Assembly: GCA_018895075.1 (NCBI GenBank)
Contig: JAHIOW010000026.1
Coordinates: 1-59,540 of the forward strand
Origin: Candidatus Omnitrophota bacterium
GTDB taxonomy: Bacteria > Omnitrophota > Gorgyraeia > Gygaellales > Profunditerraquicolaceae
Reading direction: 5' to 3'
DNA: 59,540 nt
Shown here: one piece after another, positions 47,934-57,113 of the stretch
How positions within the stretch are numbered: the stretch's first letter is position 1
Layout of the letters: each line of letters begins with the position of its first letter
The notes under the pieces: generated by a model
The model's input: the letters and a program-made list of their open reading frames with translations, nothing else
The model's database searches: none
What the model was told of the DNA's origin: nothing
Program-made: the position numbers and the translations under genes

Positions 47934-48945
47934 TCTTTCTTATCTCCTCTAAAACTGCCTCTGGCGTGATGGCTTTCATACAGCGGCTATCTTTACAATT
48001 TACTGCATAACAGGGAACCTTACAGCCAACGTCTGCCTGTAAAATAGATACGTTATTTAAAGGCCATGGGCCGGTAACTAAAGGGGAGGTCGGGCCAAAA
48101 AGGGCAATTATCTTTTTTGTTCCTACGGCGTTGGCAATATGTAAAGGCCCGGTATCTGCGGTAATAAACAAATCCAGCCTCCTGCACAAGGCACCCAACT
48201 GTTTTATATTCAACTCCGCGGTTGCCAGAATAGGCTTCTTAAGCATCGATTTCTGTATCTCCTTTACCAGCGCAATATCTGAAGTACTGCCCGTAATAAT
48301 CACTTTAAATCCAGATTCAGCGATTAACCGGTCAATAAGCCTGGCCCAATAATGAGCGGGCCAGCGTTTGGGCAGCCAATTTCCTCCGGGGTTTATCCCC
48401 AGCAAAAATTCACCTTTGTTGACGGATTTACTATTTAAAAATCTGTCCACGAATGCCTCGTCTTCATCGCTGACAAAAAACTCGGCATATCTATCTTCAA
48501 CCCTTAAGCCCGCCTTTTCTATAATATTCAGGTAATAATCTATGCGGTGCAATGAGTCTCTTTTAATCGGCGCAATTTTCTGGGTCAGGAGAAAGGCGCG
48601 TTTTTTAGTGCTGTAACCGATTATCTGGGGGATACCCGCCAGCCTCATGATAAGGGCGCGGCTAAATGAACGATGTAACAAAAATACCATATCAAATTTT
48701 TTGCTTTTAAGGGATTGCACAAATCTCATTTTTTCTAAAAAGTTCCTGTGCCTGTCTTTCTCATCAAAAAGGATGATCTCATCCAGATGGGGATTGCCTT
48801 TTAAGATAAGGTAACAACGGCTGGGGATTATACAGGCGATAAAACTATCCGGGGAATTATGCCTGATATTCCTGATAACGGCTGTAGAAAACAATACATC
48901 CCCCAGCCAGTTGACATTAAAGATAAGTATGCGTTTGGCCTTCAT
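47917..48945 (-). CDS. GT9 heptosyltransferase-family glycosyltransferase
   Basis: 342 aa; RILIFNVNWLGDVLFSTAV N-terminus and DTGPLHIA motif. Confidence 0.88.
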   Translation of the reverse strand: MKAKRILIFNVNWLGDVLFSTAVIRNIRHNSPDSFIACIIPSRCYLILKGNPHLDEIILFDEKDRHRNFLEKMRFVQSLKSKKFDMVFLLHRSFSRALIMRLAGIPQIIGYSTKKRAFLLTQKIAPIKRDSLHRIDYYLNIIEKAGLRVEDRYAEFFVSDEDEAFVDRFLNSKSVNKGEFLLGINPGGNWLPKRWPAHYWARLIDRLIAESGFKVIITGSTSDIALVKEIQKSMLKKPILATAELNIKQLGALCRRLDLFITADTGPLHIANAVGTKKIIALFGPTSPLVTGPWPLNNVSILQADVGCKVPCYAVNCKDSRCMKAITPEAVLEEIRKIVKTE

Positions 48946-48947
48946 CT

Positions 48948-49742
48948 CTAATCGCTATCGCGGTGTTCCTTGATAAAAGTATAGAATCCTGAACTCTCTA
49001 TCCAGAAGACAAAGAGATTGTCACAGGTCGCGGAAATCCTTAATCTCTTTAAGGCAAATATATCATCATTAGGAAACTTTTTTCCCGGGGAAGTAGTCAC
49101 TGCCCCCTTATATCCGGCGTCTATAACTAACTGTCTTATCTGAGCATTAAAACCGCCCCCCGGATAACTGAAGATATTCACCTTCTGGCTCAATTTTTCC
49201 CGGAGGACCTTGCGGGAATCAAAAATCTCTCTCCTTAACTGTTCTTCTGACTTGATATTTGTTAATGGCTCAGGGCCCAGGGCATGGCTGCCAAAGGTAA
49301 TCAATCCGGAATCCCGCATCTGGCTAATCTCATCCCAGCTTAACCTGTCACCCCCTGGCCGTCCTACTTCATTAGTAATGATGAATATCATTGCCGGTAG
49401 ATTATATTTTTTTAAGATAGGGAAGGCATAGGTATAATTATTTTTATAGCCGTCATCAAAGGTTATCGCTACAGACTTAGGAGGGATTCTTTTTTTATGC
49501 CTGATAAGATCGGCTAACTCCTCTAAAGGCAAGACATTATAATTCTGCCTTTTTAAAAAACGCATCTGGCGCTCGAATACCTCCGCAGATACCGCCAGCC
49601 TATTTCCTGGCGCGGCGCCAGGATGAACCGAATGATACATCAGTATAGGGGCAACGTACTGGCTTTTTAGAAAAAAGCCAAAAGAAAACCCAGCAATAAA
49701 AATAACACCAAAAATACTGCTTAGGACTTTGCGTTTAGACAT
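48948..49742 (-). CDS. Polysaccharide deacetylase (NodB/CE4), membrane-anchored
   Basis: TFDDGY motif, N-terminal TM segment. Confidence 0.88.
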   Translation of the reverse strand: MSKRKVLSSIFGVIFIAGFSFGFFLKSQYVAPILMYHSVHPGAAPGNRLAVSAEVFERQMRFLKRQNYNVLPLEELADLIRHKKRIPPKSVAITFDDGYKNNYTYAFPILKKYNLPAMIFIITNEVGRPGGDRLSWDEISQMRDSGLITFGSHALGPEPLTNIKSEEQLRREIFDSRKVLREKLSQKVNIFSYPGGGFNAQIRQLVIDAGYKGAVTTSPGKKFPNDDIFALKRLRISATCDNLFVFWIESSGFYTFIKEHRDSD

Positions 49743-50824
49743 TCTGAATATACTCCTTCGGTCTCTGTAGCCATCTGTTCTCCGGAGAAATTCTGGCTGA
49801 CAAAACTCTGCGCCTGTGCTCCCAAAAACTTTCTCTTTTGCGCATCTCTAAGTAAATTTATTATTTCAGAGGATAACTGATTGCTATCCCGGGGTTCAAC
49901 CAGGATACCCGTATAATCATGCTTGATTAAACTCCTTATGCCTCCTACATCCGAACCAATAACCGCCAGGCCCTGCGCCATTGCCTCTATCAGGCTTAAA
50001 CCCAAACCTTCTTTTAAAGAAGGCATGACAAATAAATCCATAATGGAGAGTATTTCGGGCGTCTCGTAAACAGAAGGGACAAAATTTACGTTATTTTCTA
50101 TTTTTAGTTTTTGCACTAGCGCCTTAAGTTCCTTCTCCATCTTTCCTTCGCCTACAATGAGTAATTGCGCATCAGGGATTTCCTCTAAGACAGTTTTCAT
50201 TGCTTCTATCAGATAAATATGGCCCTTTACATCCGAAAGCCGGGCTACTATCCCTACTATCGGCCCCTCGCCTAATCCTAAATCTTTCTTTTTCTGTACT
50301 CTGTACTCTGCACTCTGCACTCTAAATCTGTTAACATCTATCCCATTATGGACAATGCTTATATTTTCTGCCTTAACGCCAAAATCTTCCATCAGGTGTT
50401 CTTTTACTGCCTGGCTTATAGCAATAGTCCTGTCTCCCCAACACCCAAACAATCTTCGCCAGAGCCGCGGTTTAAAAAAACCGTGGCAGGTAGAGATATG
50501 CGCCGTATGAGTCAAACTACTGAGTAAGCTTCCCAAGACCCCTGTAGTACGGCTGTTTGAATGCAGGATATCAATATTATTTCGCCTCAGCGCGCCTAAT
50601 AATTTAAATAAACTAACTACAATCTTAGGGCTAACCTCTGATTTTGTCTTCAGAGGCGCGGGGATATAGACAATACCTGCCTGGATAAATTTTGGAAGCA
50701 GCTCTCCGCCGCTGGAAGCAAGATATATATTATGGCCTTTAGCTCTTAAACCCCTGGCTAAAGTCAAAACATAACTGCTAATGCCTCCGATATTCAGATG
50801 GTTAGTAAGATAAAGAATATTCAT
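49721..50824 (-). CDS. GT4-family glycosyltransferase
   Basis: GT-B/GT4 motifs (GGISSYV; PSLKEGLGLSLIEAMA). Contains an in-frame heptamer array. Confidence 0.88.
   Translation of the reverse strand: MNILYLTNHLNIGGISSYVLTLARGLRAKGHNIYLASSGGELLPKFIQAGIVYIPAPLKTKSEVSPKIVVSLFKLLGALRRNNIDILHSNSRTTGVLGSLLSSLTHTAHISTCHGFFKPRLWRRLFGCWGDRTIAISQAVKEHLMEDFGVKAENISIVHNGIDVNRFRVQSAEYRVQKKKDLGLGEGPIVGIVARLSDVKGHIYLIEAMKTVLEEIPDAQLLIVGEGKMEKELKALVQKLKIENNVNFVPSVYETPEILSIMDLFVMPSLKEGLGLSLIEAMAQGLAVIGSDVGGIRSLIKHDYTGILVEPRDSNQLSSEIINLLRDAQKRKFLGAQAQSFVSQNFSGEQMATETEGVYSECLNAKS
50294..50328. repeat. Heptamer array (CTGTACT)x2-(CTGCACT)x2-CTAAATC, in frame within the GT4 gene
   Basis: Counted directly; encodes RVQSAEYRVQK. 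Confidence 0.9.
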
Positions 50825-50831
50825 ATTCTTT

Positions 50832-52922
50832 TTATTTCAACAATTTATCAACCGCCTCTAACACCTCTTCAGAACTTATTAACTCCATACACGTTCTAGT
50901 CTTGCACTTTGACTTATAACAGGGGCTGCAAGCTAAATCTTTCTTAATCACGATACAATCCTTTGCCGGCGGAAGATGGCGCCTGGGGTCTGTAGGCCCA
51001 AAAAGGGCAATAAAAGGCGTACCCACAGCGCAAGCGATATGTAAAGGCGCAGAATCTGGCGAGATATACACACTACATCTTTTAATCAGACAAGCGAGTT
51101 GATTAACCGTAGTCTTGCCACAGGCATTAATGAATTTTGTGCTTCTGAGCATATTCATTAAGGCAGAGGCAGAGTTTAAATCTCTACCTGTGCCGGTAAT
51201 AACAAAACGTATATCCCGGTGGGATAATTCCTGACAAAGTTTAGTCAGCTGCCTTAAAGGCCAATTCTTGGTAGTCCATTTCGGGCTGGCGCTGATGTTT
51301 ATCCCCACCAGTCTCTGGGTGCTGCTTATCCATTCAGAACTGAGGAATTGCTCTATATAATTTTCGTCTTCCGGAGTTGGCCAAAGTTCTAAATTAGGAT
51401 TCTCTAAATTTATGCCTAACATCTGCAGTATCCTGAATTGATGGGTTACGGGGCCTATGGCTGGTTTCTCATCTTTAACCCGATGGTTAAGAAGCAATCC
51501 CAGCTTGTTATTGCCATAGCCGTAACGAGTTAGAGCCAGTGAAAGGGCACAGAGGATATGGCTCTTACGGTTATTCTGCAGGTCAACCACCATATCGAAA
51601 TTCTTCTCCCTTAAAATACGCCCCCATTGCATCAGCCCCTTTATCCCCTTATCCTTGTTTTTAAAATCAGAGACTAATAATTCGTCAATATAGGGACAGG
51701 TTAAAAGCGCCTCTTTACATTCCTGGCTGGTCAGAAAACTAATCTTGTAATTAGGGGGGAATTTATCTCTTATCGCCTTTATCGCCGGCGTAGAGAGAAT
51801 AATATCGCCCAGAGAGCTAAACTTGATAATCAAAATCTTAAAATTCTCCAGCGCCTGCCTGTAAACATTGAGGGTATTTTCTACCATAAGCCCGACATTA
51901 TATTTTTCTTTAACCTTTTTATAGGCGTTCTCTGTTAACTTTACGGCCAGTTCTTTATCCTTAAATATCTTTATTGCTGCCTCGGCTATACCTTTAGGGT
52001 CAGAAGGAGGAACAAGCAATCCTGTCTGGCCATCTTCAATAATATCAATCACGCCTCCTACTCTGGTCGCTACTACGGGAACGCCGCAGGCCTGGGCCTC
52101 TATAATTACCCTGCCGAATGCCTCATGGGTGGTTGTGGAAAGCACCAAAAGGTCCAGACGCCCCAGGATTGCCGGAATATCCCTCTGCACCCCTAAGAAT
52201 TGGGTAATATGCCAAAGTCCCAATCTTTTTACCAGAACCTCTACCTGTTCCTTATAAGCCCCTTTAGAAGCAGGTGCATCTCCTACTATCCATATCTTAA
52301 GCCGCGGGATAACCCTGTATACTTCGGCCATGGCCTTAATAAAATATAGATGTCCTTTTATGGGAGTAATCCTTGCGATTATCCCCACATTAAATTCACT
52401 TCCTCTTTTCTCATCCCGGGCTACGTATTTAAATCTTTCTAAATCTACGCTGCGCGGTATTAATTTTATGCGCTCATAAGGAACGCTAAAATCATCGATC
52501 ATATGCCGGGCAATAACATTGCTTAAGACAATCACGCTCTTTGCCCAGCCCATCACGTAACCAAAAGGGTGCTTTTTATAATAACCATGGCAGGTAGTAA
52601 TGAATACCCTGGCTGTCTTTCTGCTGGCAAAGTAGGCAATCCAAGCCGGAACCCGGGAACGCGCATGCACAATATCTATCTCTTCTTTTTTAATAATTTC
52701 AGCTAAGCGGGGAATAGCCATGATCATAGTAAATAAGGATTTTTTATGTACGGGTAATTGGTAATGTTTAGCGCCGAAAGACTCTAAGTCCTTAACCATC
52801 TCTCCGCCGCTTGAGACCACGACTGCCTTATGTCCCTGCCTGATGAGATGACGGGCCAGATCCACTGTCCCGGTCTCAACCCCGCCTACATTTAATTCCG
52901 GCAATATCTGTAATATATTCAT
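50832..52922 (-). CDS. GT4-GT9 two-domain glycosyltransferase fusion
   Basis: N-terminal half is GT4 (NVGGVETGT; EAFGRVIIEAQA). C-terminal half is GT9 (ILIIKFSSLGDIILSTPAI; DSAPLHIA). Confidence 0.85.
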   Translation of the reverse strand: MNILQILPELNVGGVETGTVDLARHLIRQGHKAVVVSSGGEMVKDLESFGAKHYQLPVHKKSLFTMIMAIPRLAEIIKKEEIDIVHARSRVPAWIAYFASRKTARVFITTCHGYYKKHPFGYVMGWAKSVIVLSNVIARHMIDDFSVPYERIKLIPRSVDLERFKYVARDEKRGSEFNVGIIARITPIKGHLYFIKAMAEVYRVIPRLKIWIVGDAPASKGAYKEQVEVLVKRLGLWHITQFLGVQRDIPAILGRLDLLVLSTTTHEAFGRVIIEAQACGVPVVATRVGGVIDIIEDGQTGLLVPPSDPKGIAEAAIKIFKDKELAVKLTENAYKKVKEKYNVGLMVENTLNVYRQALENFKILIIKFSSLGDIILSTPAIKAIRDKFPPNYKISFLTSQECKEALLTCPYIDELLVSDFKNKDKGIKGLMQWGRILREKNFDMVVDLQNNRKSHILCALSLALTRYGYGNNKLGLLLNHRVKDEKPAIGPVTHQFRILQMLGINLENPNLELWPTPEDENYIEQFLSSEWISSTQRLVGINISASPKWTTKNWPLRQLTKLCQELSHRDIRFVITGTGRDLNSASALMNMLRSTKFINACGKTTVNQLACLIKRCSVYISPDSAPLHIACAVGTPFIALFGPTDPRRHLPPAKDCIVIKKDLACSPCYKSKCKTRTCMELISSEEVLEAVDKLLK

Positions 52923-52931
52923 CTCTTATCT

Positions 52932-52967
52932 AGGGACACCCTTTCAGCTAAAGCTAAGAGTGTCCCT
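52932..52967. repeat. AGGGACACCCTT ... AAGAGTGTCCCT hairpin (type A)
   Basis: Spacer between the LpxL-ELM1 and GT4-GT9 genes. Confidence 0.85.
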
Positions 52968-52970
52968 AAT

Positions 52971-53007
52971 AGGGGACACTCTGCCGATTGGCACAAAGGG
53001 TGTCCCT
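52971..53007. repeat. AGGGGACACTCT ... AAAGGGTGTCCCT imperfect hairpin (type A)
   Basis: Second hairpin in the same spacer; same two-hairpin layout as 4099..4184. Confidence 0.75.
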
Positions 53008-53025
53008 GAAACTTAAAAGTTGATT

Positions 53026-55026
53026 TCAGAGTGTCCTTACTAAGGCTTCCTCCACAATAACACTATCTTTTAGTATATGTATCTGCGGCTTTTGCTTCCA
53101 TAGTCTCTCAATAACCGAGGATATCTGGTAAGGCTGGCAGAGATAGATATATTTTTTCTGGGCCATATAATTTAAAAAATAATTATGCCGGCGATTAACC
53201 CTGGACTTAAAAACTATTGCGTAGCGCCCGCTTGCAGCCGCCTCGGAAACCATGGAGATACTCTCCGGAGAAACAATAACTATCTGGCTTTTGGCTAATA
53301 TCCCGCCTACGGCAAAAGGAAGATTCCGCTCATTGGCGATGATAAGAAATTTACAAGGCGGATAACTTTTAAATTCTTGTTTCACCAGTTCTTCAATCTC
53401 TTTAGATGTGCGGCGCGATGTGGTCACTAAAATCTGGCCATCTAGCCTGCCTAAAGATGCCTTGAGCTGATTTATAATCTGCCTGAAGACATGCCTGCTT
53501 AATTGAAAATCCCTGGTATCTCCTCCAATCAAAAACCCGATGACTAATTTTTTATCGGTCTGGGCATAAAAATCCAGCTCAGCCGCAGAAGAGGCAAGAT
53601 GCTCCTCATCTATCAGGTTCAATGCCCCTTCAGTGACTGTTACATTCTTTCTCTTTGGGGGCCGGTCATGTTTTGGCATCACCACCAGGTCAAAGCGCCT
53701 GGTGCTTAAAACAGAAGGCCGCATAATCACTATAGACTTAGCCAGATTTTCTCTGGAGACTATAAAATTAATTGCCGCCAGAGACGAACCGCAGGATATC
53801 ACGATATCGGGTTTTAGGCTGCACAGGCGCCTGTAGGTATTCTCTTCTAAAAGTTTCTTAAGGCACCAGAGGCAACCCTGACAGCGATATTTACCTGACA
53901 GGCAGCAAGCAAACATCAGGCAGTAGCGGGAAAATTGGCCTTTACCCTGCCTGCCCTGCCTCGCCGGCAGGCGGGCGGCAGGCAGGAATTTTACCTCTAA
54001 AATCTCAATATTGGCATTTATACCTTTATCTTTAAGGCAACCGGCAGCTACCTTAAGCAGGGACTGCGATTGCCTAAGGTGGCCTATCTTTCCATCGCTC
54101 AAAACCAAAATATTTTTTTCTTTTGTATGCTTCCATATCTTATAAGACCAGAGGTATTCCTTGGGGTATTTTACGATATATCTTTCAAAAGTCTGCACCA
54201 GTCTTCCTAAATTATCCCTTATATCTATATCCTCGTTGCCTGTCTTTTTAATCTCAAGGGGTGGCTCAATAATAACCTTAAGATGCGGCCCTCTCTGCCG
54301 TAGATAAAAGGCAGGGATAATAGTGGCGCCGTACTTTAAGGCCAGTCTTATCGCCCCGGAAGGCATAGAGGCATCTTTGCCGAAGAATTTCACTAGCGCA
54401 CCACTTCTTCCACCTTGATCTACAGTCATGCCTATGGCCTCATTATTCTTAAGTACCTGTATTAACTGCCTGGTTTGATTCTGCCTCTGGATTACCCGAG
54501 TACCTTTTTGACTGCGATATAGATTAAGCAACCGGTTTAAACGTGGATACCTTTGCTCACGGACAAAGAAATTAAAAGTAAACCCCAGGTGCGCCGCAAT
54601 GACATTAGAGAGTTCCCAATTACCTTCGTGCATCGCGACAATAATCACACCTTTGCCTTTTTTAAAACCCTCTTTTATATGCTCTAAGCCCTCAAACTCT
54701 ATATATTTAATGATGTATGCCTGATCAATTAAGGGGATGAGAAATATCTCAATAAGATTCTGGCCGAAGGTGCGGTAAAAATCTTTGGTGAGTTTGCGTA
54801 ATTGAGCAGGCATTAGTTTATCGCCAACTGCGGCCTTAATATTGGAGTAGGCAATTGCCTTGTGTTTGAGGTCAAAATAATAAAATAATTCGCCAAAACA
54901 GGCCCCTAAAGCAAAACTGACCCCTAAGGGCAACTTTCTTATCAGCGGGCCGTATACTCTAAAGAGAATACAACTTAAGTAGTCTATTATAGAATCTTTC
55001 TTCATCTGAGATAATCTGTAATTCAA
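53026..55026 (-). CDS. lpxL: Lipid A late acyltransferase (LpxL/HtrB-like) fused to an ELM1/DUF1022 (COG3660) domain
   Basis: The N-terminal ~300 aa is LpxL-like (HEGNWE, TVDQGG). The C-terminal part starts ILVLSDGKIGHLRQSQSL, typical of the ELM1 family, with LIGGDTRDF and TTSRRT. Confidence 0.75.
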   Translation of the reverse strand: MNYRLSQMKKDSIIDYLSCILFRVYGPLIRKLPLGVSFALGACFGELFYYFDLKHKAIAYSNIKAAVGDKLMPAQLRKLTKDFYRTFGQNLIEIFLIPLIDQAYIIKYIEFEGLEHIKEGFKKGKGVIIVAMHEGNWELSNVIAAHLGFTFNFFVREQRYPRLNRLLNLYRSQKGTRVIQRQNQTRQLIQVLKNNEAIGMTVDQGGRSGALVKFFGKDASMPSGAIRLALKYGATIIPAFYLRQRGPHLKVIIEPPLEIKKTGNEDIDIRDNLGRLVQTFERYIVKYPKEYLWSYKIWKHTKEKNILVLSDGKIGHLRQSQSLLKVAAGCLKDKGINANIEILEVKFLPAARLPARQGRQGKGQFSRYCLMFACCLSGKYRCQGCLWCLKKLLEENTYRRLCSLKPDIVISCGSSLAAINFIVSRENLAKSIVIMRPSVLSTRRFDLVVMPKHDRPPKRKNVTVTEGALNLIDEEHLASSAAELDFYAQTDKKLVIGFLIGGDTRDFQLSRHVFRQIINQLKASLGRLDGQILVTTSRRTSKEIEELVKQEFKSYPPCKFLIIANERNLPFAVGGILAKSQIVIVSPESISMVSEAAASGRYAIVFKSRVNRRHNYFLNYMAQKKYIYLCQPYQISSVIERLWKQKPQIHILKDSVIVEEALVRTL
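53946..53986. repeat. (CCTG)n-GCCGGC-(CAGG)n-type imperfect palindrome, in frame within the ELM1 domain
   Basis: Encodes LPAARLPARQGRQG. Confidence 0.8.
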
Positions 55027-56053
55027 TCCGCAAAACCAATATTGGTAAACGGTAAACGGTAAACGGTAAACGCTGGAGTCTTACAGCGTCTTTTTCAGTA
55101 GTAACAATTGTATCTATATTTTTGTTTTGTGACTGCTGGATTATATGCTCTAAATCTTTCTGCAGATAATGATGGTGGTCAGGGAATCTAAAAGATAAAC
55201 CAATATTGATACCCAGACTTATAACTAAATTTTCAAATGAATCGGGGTCGCCAATACCAGAGACCAAAGTTACAGTCTTTCCTTTTAATGCCTCAGGTGG
55301 TAATAACTTATCCACTTGGCCAATCTTATAGAAACCCAATGGCTTATGTATTGATTCTACTATGAGTGCTGAAGGATTAATGGAACTCAAAAAATCTTTT
55401 ATATCCTGGATATCGGGGTTAAGGTTGGTCTTGGTTAAGACAAATATGTCTGCCTGCTTAAGCGCAGAAAGCGGTTGACGTAAGATACCCCGCGGTAGCA
55501 GATGCTGGTTGCCAAAGGGGTCAGTGGCATCAATAGCTACAATCTCGGAGTCTTTTTTTATCTTCCATTGCTGCAGGCCGTCGTCTAAGATAACTGTATC
55601 CACGCCATAATCATCTCTGGCCCGATGAGCGGCGCGGATTCTATTTGCATCCACCAACACCGGTATATCTTTTAAGTGCGTCTTTAACATATAGGCCTCA
55701 TCACCCATAGTTTCACAACTGACGACTGACGACTCCTGCCTGCCGGCAGGCATGGGACGACTGACGACTTTCTTCTTATATCCTCTACTTAAGATCGCTA
55801 CCTTATGCCCCTGTTTGTCTAAATACCTGGCTATAAATTCTACTAAAGAGGTCTTACCTGTCCCTCCTAAGGTAACATTGCCTATACTGATAACCCTGCA
55901 ATCCAGGCGGTGAGGATTAAGGCCAGAGATAAAGATTAACATCCTTACCAGCAGGCCATAGATAAAAGAAAAGATAAGTAGAAAAATCTTTAAGATACTG
56001 GCAATAAATCCCTTATATTTATCTGTAGCCAGATTATAGAGATAGGCTTTCAT
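54959..56053 (-). CDS. lpxK: Tetraacyldisaccharide 4'-kinase
   Basis: GNVTLGGTGKTS P-loop, LSRGY, GDEA motifs. Carries two repeat-derived in-frame insertions. Confidence 0.9.
   Translation of the reverse strand: MKAYLYNLATDKYKGFIASILKIFLLIFSFIYGLLVRMLIFISGLNPHRLDCRVISIGNVTLGGTGKTSLVEFIARYLDKQGHKVAILSRGYKKKVVSRPMPAGRQESSVVSCETMGDEAYMLKTHLKDIPVLVDANRIRAAHRARDDYGVDTVILDDGLQQWKIKKDSEIVAIDATDPFGNQHLLPRGILRQPLSALKQADIFVLTKTNLNPDIQDIKDFLSSINPSALIVESIHKPLGFYKIGQVDKLLPPEALKGKTVTLVSGIGDPDSFENLVISLGINIGLSFRFPDHHHYLQKDLEHIIQQSQNKNIDTIVTTEKDAVRLQRLPFTVYRLPILVLRIELQIISDEERFYNRLLKLYSL
55044..55071. repeat. Heptamer array (GGTAAAC)x4, in frame near the lpxK 3' end
   Basis: Counted directly; encodes LPFTVYRLP. 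Confidence 0.9.
55731..55779. repeat. Composite element: 14-bp direct repeat GACGACTGACGACT flanking the CCTGCCTGCCGGCAGGCA palindrome, in frame within lpxK
   Basis: Direct repeats at 55731..55744 and 55766..55779. Encodes VVSRPMPAGRQESSVVS in the variable loop after LSRGY. Confidence 0.9.
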
Positions 56054-56061
56054 AGCTTTTC

Positions 56062-56090
56062 TATATTATCACAAGGGATAATCAGAGGCA
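56062..56090 (-). promoter_or_regulatory. Candidate promoter TTGCCT-17 nt-TAATAT upstream of lpxK
   Basis: -35 at 56085..56090 and -10 at 56062..56067 (reverse complement), in the 65-nt spacer before lpxK. Confidence 0.35.
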
Positions 56091-56118
56091 AGAATTTTCG
56101 GGGGTTTTGACCTGATAA

Positions 56119-57084
56119 CTAAATTACTTCTATGGTTGAAGGCGGCTTTTTAGTGATGTTATAGGTAACGCTTACTACTCCGGGAACCTGCTGGGTTATA
56201 TTTTGCGCTAATCTATCTAAGATATCATAGGAAAGTTTAGTGGGGGAACCGGTTTTGGCATCCACGCTCTCCCAGCACCTTACTTCTATCTGTAAACCAA
56301 AATCTCTTTTTCCGTCTCTTATACCTGTAACCTTATCTTCATGCAAGACAGCCAGATATTGAAACGCCCCTGTAGCAGAGAGTTCTTCTTCTACAATCTT
56401 AGTTGCCTTTCTTACTATCTCTATCCTTTCCGGAGTAACCTCTCCTATTACTCTAGTGGCTAATGCCGGGCCGGGAAAAGGCGGCCTGCCAAATATTGCC
56501 TCCGGTAAACCCAGAACTTTCGCTACCTCTCGCACCGCTGGTTTCCTGAGTTCTATTAACGGCTCAATAACCTTGTATCCATACTGTTTCTGGGTATCGA
56601 TTCCTAATTGTTCCAAGATATTATGCTGCCTTTTGATTCCGGCTACTGTCTCCTCAATATCAGTATAATTAGTACCCTGAAGGAGAAACTTTGCGCCGCT
56701 ATCCTTAACCAGTTTACCAAAGACCTCTTTGTAAAAGGCCTGGGTTATTGCCTCTCTTTTCTCTTCGGGATCAGTTATGCCTTTAAGGGCAGTAAAAAAA
56801 AGTTTTCGGGCATCAAACAGCTCCACCGGCACGCCTAATTCCTTAAACAATGAAACTACTTGCTGAGGCTCATTCTCTCTCATTAATCCATTCTCTATAA
56901 AATAGGTCTTCAGTCTCTTTCCTAAGGCCCTAAAACCTAACATCGTAACTGCTGAAGAATCTACGCCGCCGGATAAGGCATTAATCGCCAAACCCTCCCC
57001 CACAACAGAAGAAATTTCATCTATCTTCTTCTGAATAAATTCCTGAGGGCATAAATCCTCTAAGATTATCTCTTTAATCTCCAT
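56119..57084 (-). CDS. guaA: GMP synthase ATP-pyrophosphatase subunit (GuaA C-terminal half / subunit-B-like), standalone
   Basis: PP-loop SGGVDSS. GMP-synthase C-terminal motifs EPLIELRKPAVRE, PFPGPALATRVIGEVT. No GATase domain. Confidence 0.8.
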   Translation of the reverse strand: MEIKEIILEDLCPQEFIQKKIDEISSVVGEGLAINALSGGVDSSAVTMLGFRALGKRLKTYFIENGLMRENEPQQVVSLFKELGVPVELFDARKLFFTALKGITDPEEKREAITQAFYKEVFGKLVKDSGAKFLLQGTNYTDIEETVAGIKRQHNILEQLGIDTQKQYGYKVIEPLIELRKPAVREVAKVLGLPEAIFGRPPFPGPALATRVIGEVTPERIEIVRKATKIVEEELSATGAFQYLAVLHEDKVTGIRDGKRDFGLQIEVRCWESVDAKTGSPTKLSYDILDRLAQNITQQVPGVVSVTYNITKKPPSTIEVI

Positions 57085-57113
57085 CTATTCTCTTTTCTTA
57101 CTGATAAAAAACG

